Positions 51,153 to 61,818 of a DNA stretch of 64,000 nt are shown here, in pieces. Numbering within the stretch: position 1 is the stretch's first letter; each line of letters opens with the position of its first letter. The position numbers and the translations under genes were made by a program. The stretch comes from Candidatus Moanibacter sp. (lineage in GTDB: Bacteria; Verrucomicrobiota; Verrucomicrobiia; Opitutales; UBA2987): contig CBDCEW010000105.1 of the NCBI GenBank assembly GCA_965215885.1, forward strand, positions 352,001 to 416,000, given 5' to 3'. The notes under the pieces are model-generated. The model was not told the DNA's origin, did no database searches, and saw nothing but the letters and a program-made list of their open reading frames with translations.

Positions 51153-53702
51153 ATGCTGGCTTCGAATGGCTATTATTCGAAGGGAGCAGGATTACTCCGC
51201 GAGATGCCTGAAAAGATAAAGGAGTGGCGTAGCTACTTTTCCCGAAAGAACCCAGGTTCCTACGGCAGGGATACGAATATAACAGTGAGTGAATCGACTT
51301 TCAGTAGCTCTTGCTCCGCGCTGGCGAGCGAGGTGAAATCCCTTAGAGAGAACGAGCTTCGTTTTAGATTAGCGTTCGAAGGTGGAGATTTGGGACTTTG
51401 GGATTGGGACATTCCATCCGGGAAAGTGATTTTCAACCAACGATGGGTGGATCACCTCGGTTACGATTTCGACGAGATTATCGCCAGCATCAAGGGTTGG
51501 GAAAGTCTCGTTCATCCGGATGATGTCAAGTCAGTACTGGAAGTTCTGACTCGTCACCTCGAGGGTAAGAGACCCTTCTATGAGTCTGAACACCGCATGT
51601 TGTCCAAGTTCGGGGAGTGGAAGTGGTTTCACGAGAGGGGAAAGGTTGTGGAAAAAGACCGGGAAGGGAATCCTGTCCGCGTCGCCGGCACTCACCGGGA
51701 TATTACAGGTCGCAAGGAAATGGAGGAGTCAATGCGTCGGCTTTCCCTCGTCGCCAGCAGGACAAATACCGGCGTTATTATCGCGGATGCCGAAGGTCGA
51801 GTGGAATGGGTAAATTACGCGTTCGAGAAAATCTCCGGTTACGAACTCTTTGATCTCCAGGGCAAGGCGCCCGGGGAGTTACTTGAGGGCTCCGAAAGTG
51901 ACCACACTGCTATCGAACAAATTGTAAGTGCCGTTAACGAGGGTAGAGAATTCCATGCTGAAGTTCTCAATAGTCACAAGTCCGGAAGGGCCTATTGGAT
52001 GGATATCGATGCCACTCCAATATTTGATCATCGAGGAAACCTGATCCAGTTTATACTCATCGTAATCGATATCACGGAACGCAAGGAAGCGGAATCGGCC
52101 ATGCTCAAGGCGAAGGAAGCGGCCGAGGCGGCTAATCGGGCGAAGAGCGATTTCTTAGCTAATATGAGCCATGAGATTCGAACCCCCATGAATGGCGTTG
52201 TCGGAATGACCAGTCTCCTTCTGGATACTTCCTTGTCGGATGAGCAACGGGACTTCGTCGAGACTATTCGAACAAGCAACGAAGCTCTCCTGAACATCAT
52301 CAACGATATCCTCGATTTCTCAAAAATCGAGTCCGGGAAACTCGATCTGGAAAGGGTCCCCTTTGGCCTGACTATCTGCATCGAAGAGACGCTGGAACTC
52401 TTTACCGCCAAAGCGGCTGAGAAGAATCTGGAGTTGCTCTACCTGATCGACAGTCAAGTTCCCGATAATCTGATCGGAGATCCAACTCGCCTGAGACAGA
52501 TTCTCGTGAACCTCGTTGGAAATGCCCTCAAATTTACTGATGAGGGGGAGATTTTTGTGACAGTCGCTTCCCAGTCGCGTGGCGACAGTGCGGCAGCTTT
52601 GAAGTTTTCCGTGCGCGATACAGGTATCGGGATACCAGAGGATCGGCAGACCAGCCTGTTTGACTCTTTTACACAGGTCGATTCGTCGACGACGCGGCGC
52701 TATGGCGGGACCGGATTGGGTCTGGCTATCTGCAAACGCCTGTGCGAGATGATGAATGGCGAGATTGGGGTGAAAAGCGAGCCGGGAAAAGGTTCAGAAT
52801 TTCTCTTTAGGTTGACATTGGACGTCGACGAGGGCCGATCGCCCGCGACCCTAGTCGAAAACGTTCTCAAAGGGAAGCGTGCTCTTATCGTGGACGACAA
52901 TCGGGCAAATCGTCGCATTCTGTCCCATCTTGTTGAAAAGTGGGGAATGGTGGCTGTCGAAGCTGCGTCCGGTGCGGAGGCATTGAGTCTATTCTCAGAT
53001 GATGAGACCCTTGCCGTCGTGATCCTCGACTACCACATGCCGGAGATGGATGGGGTAACTGTGGCGGAGAAGATCAGGAAGTCATCAAGGGGGCGCGAAC
53101 TGCCTATCGTAATGTTGGCGTCGATTGTCGATCTGAAAGTACTCGAGAATCGAGACCCTCTCAACTTCTCCGCATTTATCACAAAGCCTATCAAGCAGCT
53201 CATCTTGAGAGATACTCTTAAGCGAATTTTTCTGCCCGCGGATGTCTCATTGCGGTCCTTACGAAATTCCGCTTCACCATTTGCAGAGTTTGAGGCTCCG
53301 CAAAGACCTGTTCGAATACTTCTCGCTGAAGACAATCCGGTAAATCAGAAAGTGACTCTCTTGCTGCTGAAGCGGCTCGGCTATCGGGTCGATCTTGCTG
53401 CCGATGGTGTGGAGGCTGTTCACGCCCTCCGACGCGAGCCCTACGAGGTTGTTCTCATGGATATGCAGATGCCGGAAATGGACGGGATAGCGGCAACAGA
53501 GGAGATTCGTCGCCTGCTCCCCGAAAAAGCTCAACCGCATATCATTGCTCTCACGGCTAACGCCACTGTAGAAGATCGAAAGGCATGTGAGAGAGCCGGG
53601 ATGAATGCATATATCAGCAAACCCATCCGCATCGAGACATTGGCTAACGCGCTGAAACAGGTTCAGGCCGAGAAGGTTGGGAGAATTGCTTATCCCGATT
53701 AG
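51153..53702 (+). CDS. Cytoplasmic hybrid histidine kinase (PAS-PAS-HisKA-HATPase-REC-REC)
   Basis: GLWDWD and VHPDD PAS motifs, ANMSHEIRTPMN, GDPTRLRQILVNLVGNALKFT, two receivers; true start may be downstream. Confidence 0.92.
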   Translation: MLASNGYYSKGAGLLREMPEKIKEWRSYFSRKNPGSYGRDTNITVSESTFSSSCSALASEVKSLRENELRFRLAFEGGDLGLWDWDIPSGKVIFNQRWVDHLGYDFDEIIASIKGWESLVHPDDVKSVLEVLTRHLEGKRPFYESEHRMLSKFGEWKWFHERGKVVEKDREGNPVRVAGTHRDITGRKEMEESMRRLSLVASRTNTGVIIADAEGRVEWVNYAFEKISGYELFDLQGKAPGELLEGSESDHTAIEQIVSAVNEGREFHAEVLNSHKSGRAYWMDIDATPIFDHRGNLIQFILIVIDITERKEAESAMLKAKEAAEAANRAKSDFLANMSHEIRTPMNGVVGMTSLLLDTSLSDEQRDFVETIRTSNEALLNIINDILDFSKIESGKLDLERVPFGLTICIEETLELFTAKAAEKNLELLYLIDSQVPDNLIGDPTRLRQILVNLVGNALKFTDEGEIFVTVASQSRGDSAAALKFSVRDTGIGIPEDRQTSLFDSFTQVDSSTTRRYGGTGLGLAICKRLCEMMNGEIGVKSEPGKGSEFLFRLTLDVDEGRSPATLVENVLKGKRALIVDDNRANRRILSHLVEKWGMVAVEAASGAEALSLFSDDETLAVVILDYHMPEMDGVTVAEKIRKSSRGRELPIVMLASIVDLKVLENRDPLNFSAFITKPIKQLILRDTLKRIFLPADVSLRSLRNSASPFAEFEAPQRPVRILLAEDNPVNQKVTLLLLKRLGYRVDLAADGVEAVHALRREPYEVVLMDMQMPEMDGIAATEEIRRLLPEKAQPHIIALTANATVEDRKACERAGMNAYISKPIRIETLANALKQVQAEKVGRIAYPD

Positions 53703-53795
53703 TCTGAAACTTTAAGGTTCATGCCCTTCGACTGGCTCAGGGTTTTCAACGGGGTTGCGGGCTGTTCGTCCTCGTTCTTGAATATTCGCGAAGAT

Positions 53796-53860
53796 CGAAA
53801 AGCTTCCGCTTTCCGCTACACACTTCGATTCGGAATGTAGCGGAAAGCGGAAGCTTTTCG
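53796..53860. repeat. Inverted pair of GTAG-type REP-like palindromes
   Basis: 25-bp perfect IR CGAAAAGCTTCCGCTTTCCGCTACA / TGTAGCGGAAAGCGGAAGCTTTTCG with 15-nt spacer. Confidence 0.75.
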
Positions 53861-54057
53861 TCCTGCAACTGCTTCAAGTTTCAACCCTGGTCGATCCGGC
53901 AAACCATAACGCGCCTGCGGCCGTACTGGCTTGGAAATTGCCCCTCCCGTCACATTGGATTAATGACGCCCGGGCAAAAGGAGATTTTCGAGTGGATTTT
54001 CTGTTCGGAGAGGAGAGAGTCGGAAGGACACTCGAGGAACATGAATTCGACAGTAAG

Positions 54058-54639
54058 ATGGCAAAATTATATTTTTACTACTCTTCCATGAACGCCGGAA
54101 AGTCGACTACACTCCTGCAGTCGAGTTTCAACTACCGGGAGCGGGGGATGAATACCGTAATATTCACCCCTGATGTTGATGATCGTTATGGCGTCGCTGA
54201 GATTGTCTCCAGAATTGGTCTTCAAGCCGGCGCGCGGAGTTTCTCCGATTCGGATAATTTGATAACCATCGTTACGGAGGCGCTTCAGCACAAACGGCTT
54301 CACTGTGTCCTCGTCGACGAAGCTCACTTCGTAAAGAAACACCACGTCTTTGAGATGGGAGAAATCGCCGATAAACTCGGCATCCCGGTTTTAGCTTACG
54401 GATTACGGACTGATTTTCGAGGGGAGTTGTTTGAGGGGAGCCAGTACCTGCTCGCCTGGGCGGATAACCTCATCGAGCTCAAATCCATCTGCCAGTGCGG
54501 GGCGAAAGCGACCATGGTTATTCGAATAGATGAAGACGGAAAGACAGTCAAAGAAGGGGCCCAGATTGAGGTCGGCGGTAACGATCGCTACGTATCGATG
54601 TGCCGGAAATGCTATAGGGAAAAGTTCTTTGAATCTTAA
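54058..54639 (+). CDS. tdk: Thymidine kinase
   Basis: MAKLYFYYSSMNAGKST, LVDEAHF, YGLRTDF, CQCG..CRKC. Confidence 0.95.
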   Translation: MAKLYFYYSSMNAGKSTTLLQSSFNYRERGMNTVIFTPDVDDRYGVAEIVSRIGLQAGARSFSDSDNLITIVTEALQHKRLHCVLVDEAHFVKKHHVFEMGEIADKLGIPVLAYGLRTDFRGELFEGSQYLLAWADNLIELKSICQCGAKATMVIRIDEDGKTVKEGAQIEVGGNDRYVSMCRKCYREKFFES

Positions 54640-55020
54640 CCACGGATTACATGCCATAAGGCATTGATGCTAAACTCGATAGAAGAGAGACCACGGATTT
54701 CACGGATGGACACGGATAAGAAAAACCATCCGAAGCATTGGCAATGTTTCGCCAAAGCCTTGTGACGGCAAAACTCTAAAAAGGAAGGCATCGAGTCGAA
54801 GGTTCGCACGTTTCTGCAGCCGCCCTTTCCCACAATCTAAACTCCCATCCGTGTCCATCAGCTGAAATCCGCGGTTTCTCTTCCTCTTCGCGCACTTTTG
54901 GTTGCGGCTTCGCTGCTCCAGGAAATCCGTGGTTACTCTTCCCTCCTCGAGTTGCTTTGGTTGCGGCTTCGCTGCGCTAGTTCATCCGTGGTCAATTCAT
55001 ATCCGTTGCTTTCTGGCTGC
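54638..55020. repeat. CACGGAT/ATCCGTG short-repeat hairpin region with tandem GGTTGCGGCTTCGCTGC units
   Basis: CCACGGATTTCACGGATGGACACGGAT (54691-54717) mirrored near 54847-54875; ~58-bp tandem units at ~54865-54920 and ~54923-54980. Confidence 0.7.
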
Positions 55021-55043
55021 GTTGTGCGCCTGGCTCTCGTCTC

Positions 55044-58000
55044 TCACTTGGCTTGCAAAATCGCCGAAGGTACTACCTCTTCCGCAAATTTCTCTGATTC
55101 CTGCCGTCGAAACCTCGCTACGAGGTCATCGAATAGCGTGTAGACAACCGGAACTACGAAAAGGGTCAGCAAGGTCGCAGTAGCCAATCCACCGACCGCG
55201 ACGATTCCGAGGGGCCGCCTGCTCTCCGCACCGGCTCCAAATCCGATGGCGATGGGAAGAATTCCCGCGATCGTAGAAAAGCTGGTCATGAGGATCGGTC
55301 GCAGCCGTATCAGGCCCGCGGAAATGATTGCTTCGCGAGAATCTCTTCCTTTTGCCATCTGCTGATTGGCGAATTCCACCAGGAGAATCGCGTTTTTCGT
55401 TGCGAGGGCGATCAGAAGAATGAATCCAATCTGGCTGAAAAGGTTGATATTCATCGAAGGTATCCTCGGCACTATTTTAGAGAGAAAATTCATCCATGGG
55501 GTAGGGTCCGTTCCGAAGTTCACCATATTATAAAGAATGGTTCCGAAGAGGTTGACGTAATTGAGAAGCCAGAGTGCGCCAAATGCGCCAATCGCCGCCA
55601 GAGGAATTGTCATCATAACGGTGAGTGGGTGGACGAGGCTTTCAAACTGTGACGCGAGAACCATGTAAACGACGATGAGGGCAATGACTATGACAAAATA
55701 GATGTCTCTTCCCGATTCGCGGAGACCCTCCGCCTGACCCGCCCACTCGTAGCGAAAGCCGGATGGGAGAGTCTCCTGGATGATTGTTTCGGTCTTCTCC
55801 ATAATCGTGCCCAGGGGCATATTCACAGGTGTTCCGGATATAGTCATGGAACGATAACGGTTGTAATGGTAAATGGAATTCGGACCTCCCTTCGTTTCCA
55901 GGCTCACGATATTGCTCAATTGAGTGAGTTGACCGACGTTATTGCGAACATAGAGGCGTTCCACGGCCGACGGCGTGAGGCGCGATTCGCGGTCCAGTTG
56001 GACGATGACGTCGTACTCTTTTCCGGCCCTCTTTATCTTACTCAGATCCAGTCCACCAAAAAGGATCTGCAGGGTCTGAGAGATCTCTTCAATCGATACT
56101 CCCAGAGAGGCGGCGCGATCGCGCGCAATATTGATATGAAGCTCCGGCTTATTCAGCTCGAAGTTCGGCCGCAGATTGGCCAGGAATCCTTCCTCTCGAA
56201 ATCGATTTGTGATTTCCTGGCCTACGCGATGCAATTCATCGAAATCCTGATGTTGGAGGACGAGCTGAAAGGGTTGCCCAAAGCCGCCTCCGATTGCTCT
56301 GGGAATGTTTGGGAAAGCGATGGCGCCCTCCACTTCATTGAAGAATCGTGCGCCCACTCCGAAGGGGCCGTTAACGATATCCTACACGGATCGATCCCTT
56401 TCATCGGCAAAGTCGACAAACATGATACCCAGGTTGGAGAGCCCGGGTCCGCCCCAAGGCATTGCAACGGCCGAAAAGTAACCCGACACCTCCGGATACT
56501 CGCTTATGATCCCCTCCATCTGACGAACCATACGGTCCGTGTATTCGCTCGTAGCCCCTTCCGGTGCGAAAGCCATGCAGAAGAGTGTCCCTTTGTCTTC
56601 TTCGGGGAGGAAGTCGCGTTCCAATTGTTGGTAGAGAGTGTAACTCAGGCCCACCGTTGATAGACACAGAACCACTATTGCGAAGCGGTGGTGCAATGCC
56701 CCCCGAAGGAGACGTTCGTATCCTGAACTGGTCTTCCGGAGGAGCCTTTCAAAGAAACTGGATACCTCTCCTTGTCTCGTGCGGGCGGTTTGTTTGAGGA
56801 GCCTTGAGGCGACCATCGGGGTGAGCTGAGCGACAGGGCAATAAATGAGGAGATAATAACAGAGCCGGCTAAGGCGATCGCGAATTCGATAAAAAGACGG
56901 CCCGTGAGGGAAGTCTGCAGTGCCATGGGCAGAAAAACCGCCACCAATGCCAGGGTTGTCGCAATGACCGCAAACACTATCTCTCGCATCCCCTGGATTG
57001 CGGCGGCAATCGGACGCATTCCGTTTTCGATGTGACGGTATATGTTCTCCAGGACGACAATCGAATCATCGACCACTACGCCTATCGTGAGTACAAGGGC
57101 CATCATCGTCACAATGTTGATCGAGAAATCGAGGAGGGAGAGGAGAGCAAATGTGCCGACAATCGCGACCGGTATGCTGATGGCTGGAATAAACGTGGCG
57201 CGAAGGTTGCGAAGAAAGACGAAGATCGTAAATATCACGAGGAGGAAGGCGATTCCCAGAGTCATCCAAACTTCCTTTATCGCTTTCCGAATGTAGACGC
57301 GCTCGTCATACGCGTAATGATAATCGACTCCTTCCGGGAGCAGCTGCTCGAGACGCCTCATCTCGGCCTCTATTCCATTGGCGACATCGATGGTATTCGC
57401 TTTGGCCTGTTTTATTATACCAATCCCGACGGATGGTTTCGAGGAGTAGCGGGCCACTGTGCGCTCGTCTTCAACGCCCACTTCGGCACGGCCGATATCC
57501 CGCAGGCGCACGAGATTGGTTCCTTTTTCCAGGATTACCATGCGGTCAAATTCCTCCGGTGATTTAAGTTCGCCCATGGTCTGTATGGCCAACTCTCGCT
57601 CGCGGTTCTCCACTTTCCCACTGGGAAGTTCGATATTCTGTCGCCTCAGGGCATCGCCCACGTCCAGGACAGTGATTCCGCGTGCTGCCATCTTCTCCGA
57701 GTCCAGCCAAAGGCGCATTGCGTATCGTTTGTTCCCGCCGAGGATGACTGAACTGACTCCCCTTACCGTTTGCAGCGGGTCCTTGAGATTGTTCTCCGCG
57801 AAATCCGAGAGCTCGATTGACGAGAAATCCTCGCCGAAGAGCGATACCCACATGAAGGGGCGGGCATCGCCGTCTTGCTTGGCGATAACCGGTTCCTCGA
57901 TATCGTCTGGGAGCCGCCCTCGAATGCGGGCCACGCGGTCTCGAACATCCTGTGCCGAGAGGTCGATGTCTCGAGAGAGACTGAATTCCACCGAAATGCT

Positions 58001-58267
58001 GCTGACCTGCTCACGGCTCGTGCTCGTGATGGTCTTTATCCCTTCTATCGTGTTGATCGCCTCTTCCAGTTTCTCCGTAACTTCTGTTTCCACGACCGCC
58101 GCGTTTGCTCCTCGAAAGACAGTCAGGATGTTGACGATCGGAGGATCGACGTTGGGGAGTTCACGCACCGGTAAACGGCTTAACCCGATGAGCCCAAAGA
58201 GGATTAACGCCAGACTCATCATCGATGCCAGAACCGGCCGTTTGATGCATATCTCAGGAAGTTTCAT
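55044..58267 (-). pseudogene. RND (AcrB-family) efflux permease, disrupted
   Basis: IKRPVLA, GVVVDDSIVVLEN, LASQFES, KNAILLVEFA, RLRPILMTS; 5-bp duplication TGAGC-TGAGC (56822-56831) and in-frame TAG (56382-56384). Confidence 0.9.
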
Positions 58268-58275
58268 TCCCAATC

Positions 58276-59367
58276 TTAATTGGCCTCCCCAGCTTCTTTT
58301 CCGAGAGGATTGACGGGTGCGCCGGGCCCGAGCTTTTGATGTCCTTCAGTAATCACTCTGTCTCCGACATTCAGCCCTTCGAGTATTTCGACTTCGCCGT
58401 CGAGTCGAAGACCCGCTGTCACCCTGTTCATGTGTGCCGTGTTGTCCTCTGCAACAGACATTACAAACGATTGGTCAGCCTGCACTATCAGTGCGCTCTC
58501 CGGTATGACCATGGCATGTTCTCTGATCTCCAGAAGCAGCGACAGGTTTCCAAACATACCGGGCTTTAAACGCCTACGCCTATTCTCGACATTGGCTCGT
58601 ACCAGTACATTGCGGGTGGATTCATCGACCTAAGGCGAGATAAAATAAACTTTACCCGTGAAGGATTCATCTGCATAGGCCGCCACCCTGATGTTTATTT
58701 CCTGATCGACTTGAAGTACTCCGATAAACCTCTCCGGAACCTGAAAATCCGCTTTTATCGAATCGATATTTACTAGAACAGTCAGTATCTGACCCGGTTG
58801 GATAAACTGGCCTGGACTAACCCTGCGCAGGCCGATCACCCCGTCAAATGGCGCCGCTATAAATGCGTCCTGTAGTTCCCTTTTCCGCAGTTCAAGAGTT
58901 GCCGCGCCGGCTTCGTATTCACTAACCGACTGGTCGTAGGACTGCTCCGAAATAGTATTCGTATCGAGCAGATTTCTACTCCGAGAGCGGTTTGTTTCGG
59001 CGAGTCTGAAATTGGCCTCTGCCACGGCCACCCGCGCCATCAACTTGCTGTCGTCGAGTTCGATAAGGGGCTGGCCCTTCTTCACCCAATCGCCCTCCTG
59101 GAAGTAAATACCGCTGATGACTCCATTGATTTCGCTTTCCAGTTCGACTTTTTCGTTAGGTGACAGGGAACCCACCAGATCGATATTTTTCGATACGGAT
59201 TTCTTCTCGACCGGGGCAACAATCACGTTCACAGGGCGCCTCTGTGTCTGCTCTTCGTCCGGTGCACGATTGCATCCGCTGAAAATGATTTGAAGAAACG
59301 CCAGTGCAACAACTGCTCGGATCGGAGATTTTCTTAAGCCTTTACGGCTCCTAACTGAAAAGTTCAT
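58276..59367 (-). pseudogene. RND periplasmic adaptor (MFP) with in-frame amber stop
   Basis: FQEGDWVKKGQPL, IAAPFDGVIG, YFISP*VDESTRNV..LKPGMF; TAG at 58630-58632 and the frame continues to 58276. Confidence 0.88.
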
Positions 59368-59570
59368 TATCTACTCTCTGGAATATCCGCCGTCGCTTTT
59401 CAAGCTATGGCGTGACAAGCTGGTAAATGGAACATAGGGAGAGTGAAAGGACATGTTCATCTTTCATTCCATTTTTCCAGAATTCGATTTCGATCCCGAT
59501 GGTGTCTCCTGGTAAATAGTCTCGAATAGTTTTGATTGTTAAGGTCAGTACTAGCGACTAGGATTAGCCA

Positions 59571-60266
59571 ATGGCAACGCGATTTGTAGTGTTCCTCCTT
59601 TTCAGTCCACTCTTGCTGCACGGGCAGCTGCAGATTGGAGTGATAACTTTGTCCGGTGTAAAAGGTAGAGTTGAGATACTCTATGAAGGGCAGGCCCTCC
59701 GCGCAAAGAATGGCATGCAGGTGGCGGAAGGAGTGACCGTTCGAACTCACCCAAGAGCTCGGGTAATCATGTTGATGGCTAATGGCACTGGAATAATACT
59801 TCTGGGTGAATCGCAACTGGTCGTGAATGCGTTTAAGATTCTCCCCTTTAATCCTTCTTCGCACGACCTTGCCTCCTTGAAATGGGAACCGAGCCTTTCC
59901 CACAGCGAGTTGAAGTTGGACTATGGTGAGCTCGTCTGCGAAATTAAGGTTCTCGACGAAAATTCGAGCTTTGCCATAACCGCGCCTGTCGGCTCATTGC
60001 GGCCTCTTCCCAATCGATACCGGTTTAAGACCTCTTTTCTTATCCGAATGAGAAAGAGCGTTCCGACGATTGCCGTATGGAAAGGAAAAATCGAACTCGC
60101 CACCACCGGTCAAGAGCCACGGGCCGTGCCCGGTGACAGTCACGTTTTCTTCGATGGGCAAGAGGGACCAGTCGTCGCGCATGGCCTGGAGTGGAGCTAT
60201 GTGCGCATGTTTGAAGAGCGCCTGAAGCGCATTTACGACAGACAGAAAAAGGTTCGTTTCAAGTAA
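59571..60266 (+). CDS. Secreted FecR-like domain protein
   Basis: Signal peptide; VKGRVE, EGVTVRT, LKLDYGELV, FAITAPVG, IAVWKGKIE. Confidence 0.65.
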   Translation: MATRFVVFLLFSPLLLHGQLQIGVITLSGVKGRVEILYEGQALRAKNGMQVAEGVTVRTHPRARVIMLMANGTGIILLGESQLVVNAFKILPFNPSSHDLASLKWEPSLSHSELKLDYGELVCEIKVLDENSSFAITAPVGSLRPLPNRYRFKTSFLIRMRKSVPTIAVWKGKIELATTGQEPRAVPGDSHVFFDGQEGPVVAHGLEWSYVRMFEERLKRIYDRQKKVRFK

Positions 60267-60290
60267 GGCCGAGGGTTTTTTTGAAGGAAT

Positions 60291-61688
60291 ATGAAGAAAA
60301 GGGAGAGCTTGACACAGCCGGCGGATCTGGAAGAGCCGCCATATCCTGCCCCGAGATACGCCTGGTATGTCGTGGGAGTCCTGATGACTTTCTATATACT
60401 CTCCTTTGTAGACCGTCAGATCATCGGCCTCTTGGTCGAGCCGATGAAGACCGATCTGGTGCTGTCGGATATCCAAATGAGTCTTCTGGGAGGCCTGAGT
60501 TTTGTCATATTCTACACACTGTTCGGTATACCCATGGGGCGTCTGGCAGATCGGCGGAGTCGTCGCGGGCTTATTGCAGCAGGAGTAGCGATCTGGAGCC
60601 TGATGACGTCCCTATGCGGATTCGCGAGCAGATTCTGGCAATTGCTGATCTTGCGCATGGGGGTAGGGGTGGGTGAAGCGACGCTTTCGCCTGCGGCATT
60701 TTCTTTGATTGCCGACTACTTTCCAAAGGAGAAGCGAGCCACGGCGTTGAGTGTCTATTCCATGGGCATCTATTTTGGGTCGGGCCTGGCTTTCACGGGA
60801 GGTGCGATTCTGCTGAAGTGGGCGGATGGGATCATTGAGGGGCGAGGAGGAGAGCCGCTTCCTGTTGTGGGTATGATTCAGCCCTGGCAGATCGTGCTGC
60901 TTGCGGTGGGTCTGCCGGGTTTGTTTCTGACTGCGCTCCTCTTGACGGTGAGGGAACCGGTTCGGCGCGGAACTATCCTGCGGGATAAAGAAAGACCTGA
61001 AGGAAAGATCTCAAGCATACCCGTAGGTGAAGTATTGAAATACCTGAAAATGAACTGGAGGACCGTGGCATGCCATAACTTAGGGGTGGCCTGCCTATCG
61101 TTAGCAGCTTATTCAGGTGGATTCTGGGACGCGGCGTTTCTGGAGAGAATTCACGATTGGAAGCCGCAGGAGAGTGGAATCTGGTATGGGCTCGTTACAA
61201 TGGCGGCCGGCGCGTCGGGTGTCTTGTGCGGTGGGCGGTTGGCGGACTTTCTTACGGCGAGGGCGATAAAAAGCGCTAACATGCTGGCGATTCTTATTGC
61301 CGCGGTAATCTGGCTCCCTTTTGGAATCGGATATCCGCTCATGCCGAACGTCGGATTGACTTTGTGCATGCTTTTCCCAACTCTTTTTACCGCCGCGATG
61401 CCCTTCGGTTGCGCCGCCGCCGCGATCCAGGAGATGATGCCACCTCAAATGCGGGGCCAGGGTTCGGCGCTGTATCTCTTTGCGATCAATATCATCGGAT
61501 TGGGAATCGGACCCCTGGCGGTGGCATTCATGACGGAGCGTGTCTTTCAGGATTTGGAAAAGGTCAATTACTCCCTGGTGATTGTCGGTGGATTTGGTCA
61601 TATCCTTGCGGCAATTTTTCTTTGGATGTCCTTGAGACCGTACAAGGAGAGTATTGCACAGGCGAGGACGTGGCGACCGGAAACCTGA
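60291..61688 (+). CDS. MFS transporter (spinster-like)
   Basis: LSFVDRQI, GRLADRRSRR, RMGVGVGEA, LIADYFP. Confidence 0.92.
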   Translation: MKKRESLTQPADLEEPPYPAPRYAWYVVGVLMTFYILSFVDRQIIGLLVEPMKTDLVLSDIQMSLLGGLSFVIFYTLFGIPMGRLADRRSRRGLIAAGVAIWSLMTSLCGFASRFWQLLILRMGVGVGEATLSPAAFSLIADYFPKEKRATALSVYSMGIYFGSGLAFTGGAILLKWADGIIEGRGGEPLPVVGMIQPWQIVLLAVGLPGLFLTALLLTVREPVRRGTILRDKERPEGKISSIPVGEVLKYLKMNWRTVACHNLGVACLSLAAYSGGFWDAAFLERIHDWKPQESGIWYGLVTMAAGASGVLCGGRLADFLTARAIKSANMLAILIAAVIWLPFGIGYPLMPNVGLTLCMLFPTLFTAAMPFGCAAAAIQEMMPPQMRGQGSALYLFAINIIGLGIGPLAVAFMTERVFQDLEKVNYSLVIVGGFGHILAAIFLWMSLRPYKESIAQARTWRPET

Positions 61689-61818
61689 GCCCGCTTTTTG
61701 TGGCCTTCCAGCAGCACAGCAACGGGAAGTGCATCTTGCCGCAATAATCTCATCGGAAAGCTAAATCCGACAGATTTCCAGGTCGAAGATTGACACAGGA
61801 GCCATCACTGGGAGATTC

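Noticed and set aside
54865..55020. Mini CRISPR array
   Set aside because: Only two to three degenerate units, the intervening segments resemble each other, and there are no cas genes
56382..58632. Amber (TAG) recoding suggested by two in-frame TAGs in the RND operon
   Set aside because: TAG is the normal stop for smc, rph, sucC, exbD and others here, and the permease also carries a frameshift
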